64,000 bases of DNA from Antedon mediterranea (taxonomy: Eukaryota; Animalia; Echinodermata), in the NCBI RefSeq assembly GCF_964355755.1, contig NC_092670.1:12076795-12140794 (forward strand), given 5' to 3'. The stretch's first letter is position 1, and every line of letters begins with the position of its first letter. Both the position numbers and the translations under genes were made by a program. Shown piece by piece: positions 41,050 to 63,108 of the stretch. A model generated the notes under the pieces. That model had not been told where the DNA came from. It did not search any database and worked only from the letters and a program-made list of their open reading frames with translations.

Positions 41050-41410
41050 ATACACTATGAAACTAAACAATGTTGGTGTGACTTAATGTGCGCTTATGTC
41101 GACACGTGACTAAATTCAACTGAAAGAAACTAGTTCTGTGAGAGAACTGACGTCGACTTTCACGGAACCAGTGCGCGAGCGCTTATGTTGACACTGGAAC
41201 TGATCTGTATGGCGCGCATGACACAATTCATAGTTGTATGGGAACCAGTATGCACAAGCGCTTATATGATAACATTAAACTTGGGCAACTGAAAGCAATT
41301 ATACTTATGTTAACATTTCTGTGTGCCCGTCAGTTGTGTTCAGTTGCTTGGAACACTTACATCAACAAAGTTGAGTTGAATTCCATGTCGACATAAGCTC
41401 ATTTTTTAGT
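41050..41410. mobile_element. Degraded palindromic MITE-like element downstream of cul2
   Basis: Repeated CTTATGTCGACAC/CTTATGTTGACAC motifs with an inverted copy TGTCGACATAAGC at ~41386. Confidence 0.5.
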
Positions 41411-41848
41411 TTTGTCTACATCACCAAACTTTGGACAAAATGATTTTTAAATAATACTATATTGTTGTTGTGTATGTATCATTTTATTTTATATTTAACC
41501 TCTCAGCCAATAATCTAAAAATGTGGACTCAAGCCTTAAAAAAAAATAATCATTACACTAACGTATGACCTTAGAGCAACCTTTCAACTAACTATAAATG
41601 GTATTTTATGTCACCCACAACCAACATACAGTATGTATTCTTTGCTGAGGTTCATTATGAATTCTAGTATATGCATTTAAGCATGGGAGGTCATCTTTGA
41701 TTTGACCTACCAACTTCAATCCATTTTTGGCTACTGAGAAAGAAAAAGTTGCCAGGTAATGTAAATTAATGATCCTTATTTTCAATTACCACACCGATTG
41801 TTCTCATATATTATATTTAACTATAAGGCATATTTCTTCTAATAGGAT

Positions 41849-52816
<10,968 letters not shown>

Positions 52817-53410
52817 TTAGGCCAAGTCCTATATCGTTAGTATAAATCAAAAGATGTAAAATATACTTTATACATAATATGTAGGGACCTAGGCCTACAA
52901 GCTACAGTCCTTTATTTTATGTTTATGCGATGCTTAGGCCTACTAACCCTAGATAGCTAGATATTAGCTACAGACCCTGGCCTCGGCATACCAATCAAAA
53001 TTTCAGAATATAACCGTCATTGTATGTCAAATTGAAAGGCATGACTGTGTTGGGTTTTTTTTAGAATTTAGGCCTACCTTTAATTTCAAAACTGTCTGCT
53101 ATCTGTAACCAGTTAGGTAGCAGACAAACTGAGCTAGGAGTAAGGAGTATGGATTACATCTAGACCAAGTCAAACAGTACACAGGCCTAGACCGGTTTCC
53201 ATAGCTAGACCCGCCCGGCCAGACTAGGCCTAGGCCTAGGCTTTACGATCAAAGCCCAGCCAGGCCTACTAGCCTAGGGCCTAGCTAGTATGATGGGCCT
53301 ATTTACATACTATACTACACATTTATTCTACAGTAATCATATTCAAAGATACATTGATTATTATTTGATGTTATATAACAATTTTCTATGAAAATAATTA
53401 TGTAACTTAC

Positions 53411-53570
53411 ATTTATTTTGTTCCCATTTCCACTACGTACTACGCTAGGCTAGGCACCACCTAAATAGACACACGACGGCGACGTGTGTCGATTGGTGGA
53501 CGAGTCATCTCGTCGACTTAACTTTTGGTTACGTCGTCCGCGCCGCCAAGGGACCATTGAAAATCGTGTT
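53411..53570 (-). promoter_or_regulatory. Putative cul2 non-coding first exon and CpG-rich promoter
   Basis: GTAAGT donor after 53411 and acceptor at 52768-69, just upstream of the ATG. CpG-rich patch with a CCAAT box (ATTGG ~53492), CRE-like TTACGTCG and short hairpins. Confidence 0.55.
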
Positions 53571-53931
53571 GAAAACCACTTACTTTTTATTACTTTTTCA
53601 GTTTTAGCAGTTGATTACTTGTACGTTTTAAATATCATTTATTCATAAATAAAACAAATATCCAAAGGAATTTCTTATTTCATCATATTAAATAGTGTCT
53701 CAAAAAAATGTAATTCTTTTTTAATATTAGGCCTATTGAATGTAAAAATAAAACATTTGACCAATCATGATTGTTTTACAAACGTATTCAAGAAAATAGT
53801 TTTAGTAATATATATAATAAAATAATAATAATAAAATGGTTTGCATTAAATGAATGGATCGACACTCAAATAAAAGAAAAAACTAAAAACAATTTATTCT
53901 TATATTTCATTTTTTTTTTCTTATTTCATAC

Positions 53932-53956
53932 CATGGAGCTTATTCTTTACTCCATG
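53932..53956. mobile_element. 25-bp CATGGAG...CTCCATG insert with 7-bp TSD (P-superfamily-like footprint)
   Basis: TTCATAC | CATGGAGCTTATTCTTTACTCCATG | TTCATAC. Confidence 0.7.
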
Positions 53957-54982
53957 TTCATACTCACCCAACAATTATGAGCAACTCACAATTACAAGGT
54001 GGATAAAATGTATCGTGCTTATAAACTAAGTCTCATTTGAGGCTTGGGGAAATGCAGTTGAAACAGTCGTGTGTTAAAATGCTCACACTAGGTCAGGATT
54101 GAACCTTGCACCTTGGTAGTCAAGCATGTCATGCTACTTGATTTGTATATGCCGTTTTTGATCTTTGAACTGGACTGAGGAGTTGATAAAAAAAACTTCA
54201 TACAAAAAGCAGGGAAATGAAAACAATCAACAATCATTTTTTTTAAATTTATTTCATAAACTTATCTTTCAGTAGCAGCATATTATACATTAGCATTTAC
54301 AATACATCTATGCAGGTATATAAATATATGTCTGTTTATATAATTAGTTTTCAATTCTATCATAGTATATAAATATAAAACTATTTTTAGCTGGCTTGGA
54401 CGCGTTTTTTGTTGTTGCATAAAATTGATTTCCTCTCCTTTGTTTTCCTTTTACATTTATTGCTTTATATTTTTTTTTTCATTAAAAAATGTAAAAATAA
54501 AGTACAAAATATTCTAAATTCGAAAATACTATTATTATTTACGGTATGGTTCCACTCTAAAGGGGTTGCCCGACAGTATCAGCCAGATTACTTGCAAACC
54601 TACATTTACTTTGAATATTCCTTTTCAACATATTTTAATGCCTTTTTCCCTCTTTACCCCTTCTCATGGATGGCCCCTCTATTAGCTGCGGGGCTCCTGA
54701 TTTTATTCAGTGAGTATTCATAGCAGTTATGCCACTGCATAATATACCACTAGTGCCACAAATAACTCTGGTACTAGTACTTCAGAAAAGGGCTTTAGGG
54801 CCACAAGAAATCCAGCAGATACTAATAACAGTACATAATCACATCTAATACTTCTTTTTTTTAGTTCTGAAGTCTGTGTAATACATTATCATAAGCCATC
54901 ATCCATCACATCAGTTTTAATCCTGAGTCATATCTGAACAAATTCATAAAAATTAAATCTATTTCGGTACTTCATGGAATCA

Positions 54983-57450
54983 TCAAAGCAATTTCTCAGT
55001 AATATATTTCAAAAGTTGACGTTCATTTTCCTTATTATAGAAATAAAAATGACCACCGGGCATCGTTTGACTCTTGAACTCTCCGTTGGTGATCTTAGCC
55101 CAACCTTTAAAAACATAAATATTTATGTTGGATTAATATATAAAACCCTAAGGCAACAAGTTTAATCCAACTCGGAAATCAATATCTCTATTTTACCTAT
55201 GTTTTCACAATTTTTATTTAACTATAACTATTTTAAGATGGCAGCAAGTATGTTAGTAGTAAAAAAAATAATTTGTGTCTCTCTTAAATTATGCAATTTT
55301 AACGGACAAAAAGTGATTTATTTTGATCAGTTTTAATATTTTTGTGGGTACTTCAGTAAAAAGAAATAAACATATACTAGTAAGGTAAGTGTAGTCTAGG
55401 TTCCAGACGAATGACTTACTATTTGTAAAGAAGATCAACATTTTTTTTATTTTTTATACATAATACATGAGCTTGAAATAGTTAAGAAAGATTCTCATAG
55501 GGATATCTACTTTGTTTACCAAACCAACTCAACAGAGGCCTACAATCTTACAAGTGTCAAAACCCTACTGTGCATAGTGAACTCATGGGCAACAGACATA
55601 TCAGGCCCACTCAGCTGCATGATTTTTGTTAAGTGAGGGTTAGGCTAAGTTTATTTAGATGTTGGGTTGCTTTAGTTTGTCCTTTATTATCGTCTTATTC
55701 TTGTGCCCAATCATGTTACAATTACAACTACCACTTATTAGCACACCTCCACTCTCAGTAAACAAGTTATTAAAATTTTTACCAGCAACATCATGAGGCT
55801 TATCATTGTCTCCATCTGTAAAACTCACAGGGCACGTCAGAGGGACACTATCTGGAAGATTATACCTGAAAAATCATAGAAATGCAAAGTTGTACAAGAC
55901 TGGCTATTCACACAGCAGCTGTGTGTATAAAAACAAAACATTGTATTAAATATTATGATTATGATAATGTGAAGGGTAAGAGGTTACTAGTAGAAGCAAG
56001 TATTAAGCACTGTCTACACTATGAAACTAGTTTGACTAAAAAAAGTGAAGTGCCCAAATATGGTAGTGATATGACATCATCATGTTCATATATGGGCACA
56101 TCACATTTATTTGTCATATAAAGTTTGATAGTGTAGACAGAAATTATAGTTTGACATAATGGCAAATAAAGAGAAAAAATGATGCTGCCATGTATGGAAC
56201 ATCAATGACCTCATAAGGAGAGGGCATGGTATTGGAAAATAAACAATTTGTAAAGTACAAATAAAAATTAACAATACCTATAATGTGATACCATGTGAAA
56301 ATCAGCCCTAAGGGATGGCATATACATTTTCATCAAATCACGGTTTTCTAAAACTTCTTGCGGTGTTCCACCGATTCGTTTAATATTTTCCAAAAATTCA
56401 TCCTCGGGCATATTTATCCAATCGGTTGCAATTCTTTGTCCTGCAGACTAAAAAAAAAAAGAAGAATAAAATATTGGGTCAATTCTTCCTAAAGCAGACA
56501 ATTAAATAGATTCTTTTCTATTCTTTATTTGTATTCAGAAAATGAGATTATAATGTGGAAGTGTTTATGTCCAGGCTTGAATATATACCACATATTCAAA
56601 AGCAAAACAAGGAGAGTCAACTTATGCCAAGTTTCTGATTATTGTGTTCCTTTATCAGTGGGAATTTCAATATTTCCATAACTAGACTAATCCAGCTAAA
56701 GTAGGTATGACACACCAAGTGTAAAAAATGTTTTTTCTTTTACATAATATTAAACCAAATTGCTCTGTGTAGGACCTCGACTAACAGAAGACATAAACAA
56801 CATCTAGATGGAAACCCAGGTTCTACTTATTTTGATCGCTTAACTTTAGTATTGTGGGTTTAGTTCCACAACACAACACCGTCACCAGCAGGAGACACCA
56901 ATTGAAACCATGAGGACATCATCAAACCATTGCTTAGTGTCTTGACCAAAGCTCTTACCTGAGGAGAGGTGAATCCAGAAACAAAGAGATGAACTGGTTC
57001 TAATCCATAGTACTTCTTCAGATACAGAGCAACTTCGAATGAAAGAACAGATCCCATACTAATAACATTTAATAAAACATAACACCACATATAATTTTAA
57101 CATCAAAGGGTTGAAGGTAAATAAAAAACATCAAAAACGAAATACTGGACTGGAGAACTATTCACTTAAATAAGTTTTTTTTTAAAGAGCTGTAAAGCTC
57201 TGTTTACACTATCAAACTTTATGTGACAAAAAAATGTGATGTGCCAATATATGGACACGATCATTACCATATTTGGGCTCTTACTATTTTAATAGTGTGG
57301 ACAGAGTTTACCTATGACCGAAGAAAGCAAAGGGTTTTGATTGAAACTTTGGAAGGAGTGTGTTAGCAATGTTAGCTACAGTTGTTAACATATCACCACA
57401 TGGTTTGTCATTCAAACGAATCTCTCTTCCCGCTAATCGAACTGCACATA
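54983..57450 (-). CDS. OLAH: Type II thioesterase (S-acyl fatty acid synthase thioesterase / OLAH-like), last five exons; 5' exons not found in window
   Basis: Exons 57312-57450, 56959-57058, 56278-56447, 55783-55865 and 54983-55104 join in phase: CAVRLAGRE.R..PFAFFGHSMG..LSFEVA..LFVSG..GGTP.EVL..LRADF..PLTCPV..DGDND..W..T..PGGHFYF. Ser-Asp-His triad motifs are present. Confidence 0.9.
56006..56141. mobile_element. MITE (AGCTCTGTCTACAC family)
   Basis: AGCACTGTCTACACTAT...GTTTGATAGTGTAGACAG; interior is inverted relative to the copy at 46878. Confidence 0.82.
57196..57307. mobile_element. MITE (AGCTCTGTCTACAC family), internally deleted, abutting a splice donor
   Basis: AGCTCTGTTTACACTATCAAAC...ATAGTGTGGACAGAGT. 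Confidence 0.8.
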
Positions 57451-58002
57451 CTATAAAATAAAAACAGATATTTAATAATTATGATATTTCAATAAAACGT
57501 TATTCTTTATGTATTGTCTGATATTTAATTGGTTACAAATGTGAGGGCAGTATTTTGAGTTTTTTTAATTAAAGTTGTATTGTCCCTTTGAACACAAAAA
57601 ATGAAGGTCAAAATATTCTAAATTTAAATTGGCCATATCAAAGTAATATTAAAGTTATTCACTTTAAGTTAAAAATTCGAGCCAAAAACAACAAGTTTAC
57701 GTAATTAACAGGTAAATTAGTTTGATTAAATTTCGTCTGGAAAATCATTCCGAGCGAAAGTAAACAAAGATTTCAAACCACGAGTATGAATTATGCATGA
57801 TATGCTAATTAAGATTGTTTACAACTTGTCACGGTGGTTGAGGAGATGTTTTTACACATATCGCGCGATCGAGAGAGGAAGTTTTATGATTATGCATATA
57901 ATATAGCCAAACTGTACGTAACGCGCGCCGCCGGCGCGGCCGGCAGTGTATGCCTAGGCCTAGTTGCGGAACGAATTTTGTTTTAATGTATTCAAGAAAC
58001 CC

Positions 58003-59538
58003 ATGGATTTATCGGTAAATATATTACTATTTTTTACTTAGTTTCTCTCAAATAAAATGTATACTTGTGGCCTAGTTTAGATACTCTAGGCTACTACTAC
58101 TAAGCCTAGCTCTAAGCTGTAACTTGCACAGTACCTACCTATAGGATAGGCCTAGCCTTCTACTCTAGCCTAGGCCTAGGCTACTCTAGGTAGGTAGGTC
58201 TACCTTTCAGGTTCACGTTGTCTTTTTATTAATATTAGGCCTATGCTTTAGACTCATTTTTAAGTATTCGTTGGCTACCCGTATTAATTTTTGCCAGGTC
58301 CGATCGGTTCATCATTACTAATTATCGAGTATAGGCTAGTAAAATGTGCCCAAGTTAGCCCACTGTACTGGCAACTGATTCGTCATTTTGACGATAGATG
58401 CCAGTTCTATTTTTAAAGACTAGCCTATTACTAGTAGTAGTAGCCTAACTATTGAATTGTACTGTGTATAAAAAGAAATACACTAATCATATCCATGGGA
58501 TTTTTTAATTAGAAATATGTTACTAATAATTAATACTATAATTTCCATATACAATATATATAAAAATCTATAGGATCTGTGGTTATTTACTATTTTTGTG
58601 ACAATACTTTTAAAAATATTCGCAACTAATTAGCTTCACTGTTAATGTTACTTGTCAATGGACCAGTAATACATAAAGGTAAAAAGATATTGTGAAACCT
58701 GGTTCAACATTTGAAATTCTGGTGGCAAATGGCAAAGATTCCTCACGATAAATATTTCATATTTCCATATTTAGCAGTAAACAATTTATAACAATTTTAT
58801 TTTAGGTTAAAATTAATGCATTGACAGAGGTAGAGGCTAAAGACCTACTAACTAAAGGAAGCAGCAGAGAAAAAGTACCAGAGGGAGGTCATCATTCTGT
58901 ACCACCAGCAACTACACCAAGTTGGTGTGTTTGCAACAACTGCTGGCAAATTCAAACTGAAAATGAAAGAGTGTTCTGTGGCTATACACACGAAAACACA
59001 ACAAATTTCAGGTAATTGCACGTGTGAAACATTACAGTATATTAATTTAACATACTTATTGATAAAATGCATTACAATGATAAAGTGTCGATATAGTGTA
59101 TCTAAAAAAACACAAAAAGAATTGTCTTTTTGTCAAACTAATTTTAAAAGTTCTGCTTTATTTTTAATAAGTACTGTTGTTAAAATACAGACCTGTTACC
59201 AGCTTATATTATTTTGAAAAATAGTGCATAACATAAACTAAACAAAAAATACTAAATAAACATTTTTTTTTTTCATTTTAGGACTTTTAGTTGCTCATTC
59301 TAAATGAAGCAATGTTGCAATTGGCACGAGCCTATCATCAAGATATATTAGCAGCGCCTATGGACAACAAATGGAGTAGGGGTCATAAACATACAGCCTA
59401 CCGGCAGTATGTTTTGTGACCACATGGTCGTCTCGGTATTGGCATCAGAATATAATACCCAGTTGTGTATGGGCAGTACGGGACAAATACCCCGATGCAT
59501 TTGGCCAGTATGTTGGTTTTCAACCAGGACGAATTTAA
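58003..59538 (+). pseudogene. KolX-like (P2X7 cytoplasmic ballast / nanor-like) gene, disabled
   Basis: Exons 58003-58014 (tentative), 58806-59011 and 59282-59538: WCVCNNCWQIQTENERVFCG..DF*LLILNEAML..HKHTAYRQYVL*PHGRLGIGIR/IPSCVWAVRDKYPDAFGQYVGF. Two internal stops and at least two frameshifts. Confidence 0.85.
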
Positions 59539-59702
59539 AGATGTATTGTCCCTTTGTACAATTCCCACAAATAGATTTCCAAATTTAATTGCTCATTTTA
59601 GTACCATAACAGAAAAAAATAAATCATTTTTAACTGAATACATTAAAAACTTAACAGGAATTGCCCAGTACTGTTTGCACGAATAGAAAGGTAACTGATA
59701 CA

Positions 59703-62700
59703 TCATAGTTTTTTTTTAAATCTTGACAATTTCTCTTCAACTAGTTGATGAGTTGGTAATGCTGGTACTGAAGCAATGTTTCTGCTGAGCCTTCTTGGGT
59801 CATCTTCTCCTAAGCCTGTTACTGTTTTCAGGCTAGTTTCATCAAGTAGTCTTCTGTATACAACCATTTCCACCAATTTCTGGATGTAGCTGTAATCCTT
59901 TTCTTCTTTAACAGGCACCACTGTCCACCTCTTACTTTTTTTGTTAAATAAGCGTTGATATCTACACAACAGAAAATAATTGTTTATAATTTTTGACAGC
60001 AATTTGGAATATTTTGCTTAGATTGCAATTCGGGAAAACCGATTTTAAAATTAATTGTCAAATTTCTTTTGCCCATATACCTGTAGCTAGTTCCATGGTA
60101 ACTCCGTTGTACATGGCATAAAGATACAATTGATTTAAGAATAGACTTGTCGGTTTCATATGTAGTACGGTATTTAGTAATTAATATAGCCAATTAATAT
60201 TCAACTGTAAAAAACTATGGAATGTACCTTGTGGTCCCATCTTTATTTTTCTTGATCTCTCGTTGATGGTTTGCTGTGTAATCCAATGCTGCCAGAAGAT
60301 TCCTTACTTTGTACATTGGTGGACTGTAATGGAATCTTTTGGCCGCATACATCAAAATACATTGGTGGAAATTTTCCAGTTCAGCAGTTCCACTAAAAAT
60401 ACACAATATGTATATATAAATAGCTAAGTCAATACTGTTGTCAAATGCAATAAAATATGCAAGTTTTAAAGTAATACTAATAAATGTGTTTATTATGTGT
60501 ATATTGTTCTGTTGAAATGTATATTTATTGTTTAGAGCACCTGTTTTTTTTTTTTTAGCTTTAATCAATACTACAGAATATGCACAGAAATGCTTGTACA
60601 GTATAAACCATTCCTCTATTTTTAATCAATTTGCTCACCGAAAATTAAGCCAATATGGGATTTTCTTTAGAAATCTGTTGTTTAGGACGATCTTTCGTAG
60701 TGCATTGTGCGCTGGATGACCCTTTGTCATCCATCCCTTTTGTCTCTCGCTCTCAAGAGGTCTATGACTACAGGAGGCTGTACCAACATCACTATATGAT
60801 AAAGCCCACTGGTGTTCATCCACCACATGGTGAAGAATTCCACACCATATTCCCTATCATTGAACAAGAAAATCAGTAAAATACATATCTCAAATACAGA
60901 TTTCTTTTTTTAAATATGGAAAAAATGGATACAATATCAGATACACACAGAGATAATATGACAATGTCAGTATCTGAAGATAGCTGTGAGCCTTTAAAAT
61001 TGATGAACATAGTAGAACCAGAATAAAGAAATTAATTCCACAATAAAGAAGATCTTGTGCTAAAGTTTATGTTCAAGAACAATATAACTTGTCTTTGAGA
61101 GTGTATATACAGTATGTGCATCATTAAATTAAAACATGTACATACAAGAAATTCATCATATGTCTTTGAAGTCTCGCAGGTATGCCAGAAATGGTTTACA
61201 ATATCTTTGCTCCAACTTAATAAGACTTTGCAGTCTTTCTTCTGACCAGCCTGTTAAATTGTATAAAAAATACCAATGAAACAAAAGATTAGTATTAATT
61301 TGTATAATAAATATCCTATTTTACATATTATGAAATTAGGGTATAACTATAATAAAATAATTTACATTGTCTGCAAATTACCAAAAAACTTACTGCAACC
61401 AATGCTTTTGCTAGATTCTTGGCAGCATGCCAAATATTGTGTGAGTGTTTGATGTCTGGATATTCGTTTTCTAGAGTGATGAAGAAAAACAAATATAAAA
61501 ATAAACCATATTTTACAGAATAAAAACATGTTAATCAAAAATTTATTTTAGATTTTGGTGATCATCTAGAATTACGATGTAAAAATAAAACATACTCATC
61601 AATGCGCCAATCTGTAAGTGTGCATCGGTTACACATTCAACTACATTCACATTTTGTTGTTTGAGAAATGAAACACTCTTCTGAAATCCTACTTTTTCCA
61701 TTAAAGTACTTTTGCCCTCTGTCTCCCGCTTATCAATTGTCATAATTGACAAAATACTTTTGTCAGCATTGTCCATCATAGTATACGTGCAAAATTGGGC
61801 AGAGTGTCCTGGACTGTCCATCCTTCCATCTCCTATGAAAAAAAAATATTTACAGTAATAACATTCTTGTACTGTATATAAGTAGATTTGTACCTGACCA
61901 CCACTAAAAACAGTTTTTAATAGAATTTCTCTTCACTATAACTCGTCAAAAACAATATTAGCGTTTTTCAGTAATTTAGTTCCATCCTGCATTTTCATTT
62001 GCACAATGAAGCCTTGACCTATGAACTTTAGTTTAGTCACATTTATTTTTTTTCCATACACCTCCATTTTATATTATAATACCTACCAAGCAGTACAACA
62101 TCTTTTCCTTCATGTGCTGTCAAGATTTCTTTCTGGGTATCTTCCCATAATTCAGTAACTGCAGGCACAAGATATTTTCTCTGAATTCTATAGTAGGTGT
62201 TGACATTCAGAATATGAAGTTTTAAAAACTTGGCCAGAAGAGCAATCTTTGCATAGTTGTTTCCAGAAGCTAAAAGTGCCGTAGACATTAACAAATCCCC
62301 TCCATGCAATTTGTTCTTTAGAATTGGTAGAGAACACCATTTGTTGTTCAGGTGGCCATTTGTACAAATCTAAGTAGATCACAATAATATATTTATTAAA
62401 TAAACCATTAAACCAATTTCATAAAATAAGTCATTTGACAAGCTGAAACACATTACATAGCAACCATCATTGTTTGATGGTACCATAGACTTGTTCATAA
62501 ATTGGTTTCAGGAATTAATTAGAATTATGAATTATTAAATTAAGATAAAATGTTTACAAAAATTGAAAGTAAGACTTTTTACCCATTTGAAATACACAGC
62601 AGAACCAACAAACTTTGAATGCAGATCAACAGGACTACTACAGGATTTTCTAGTACAAGATTTGTTGATTTTGATTTCTGCCAAGGTTTTCAAACAGTTT

Positions 62701-63108
62701 AAGTACACTATGCAGGTTTCATCTTTTATAAGAAAGTCAGACTCTTCCATAATATCAATGTGTTTAACATAAGGGCTTTCAACTTCCACACCTTCAATGT
62801 CCTCCTCAATCTGACTGGATGGATCATCATTTTCTGCCTCAATTTCAAATTCCTCTTCAACGAATGAGGTTTCTCTGAGGTTAAGTGCATTGTTGGGACT
62901 GAAAAATGTATGTATGACTTAATTTCAAACATTAATTTTTTTTTAAATGATGCTTTACTGCATCACAATAAAGTTTAGGTTAAAGGAATAGATGATGACT
63001 TACCAAAGGCTTATGTCAAATGATGGTTCATATAAATCATAATCTTCATCTTCATCACAAGTGCTCTCTGACTCAGATTCACTTGACAAGTTAATGTCAA
63101 TGGTCATA
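59703..63108 (-). CDS. Kolobok-type DDE transposase, multi-exon, 5' end unresolved (further probable exons toward 63774-63902 and beyond the window)
   Basis: Exons 63004-63108, 62583-62898, 62087-62369, 61596-61832, 61394-61470, 61146-61250, 60639-60853, 60228-60392 and 59703-59961 join in phase with no stops. Motifs C..GH...W.S.P, GDGRMDSPGHSAQFCTY (D1), VTDAH (D2), H..NIWH, NHFW and TAELENFH..ILMYAAKR (E). Confidence 0.88.

Noticed and set aside
54725-54870. Hydrophobic reading frame downstream of the thioesterase stop (possible TM-tail exon)
   Set aside because: In-frame stop just upstream and no suitable acceptor; treated as 3' UTR.
58821-59538. P2RX7 receptor gene
   Set aside because: Only the ballast-like domain is present, with no transmembrane or ectodomain exons; it is disabled and lies inside a transposon.
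59465-59686. 73-aa ORF spanning the KolX end
   Set aside because: Out of frame with the KolX motifs and crosses the inner terminus; spurious.
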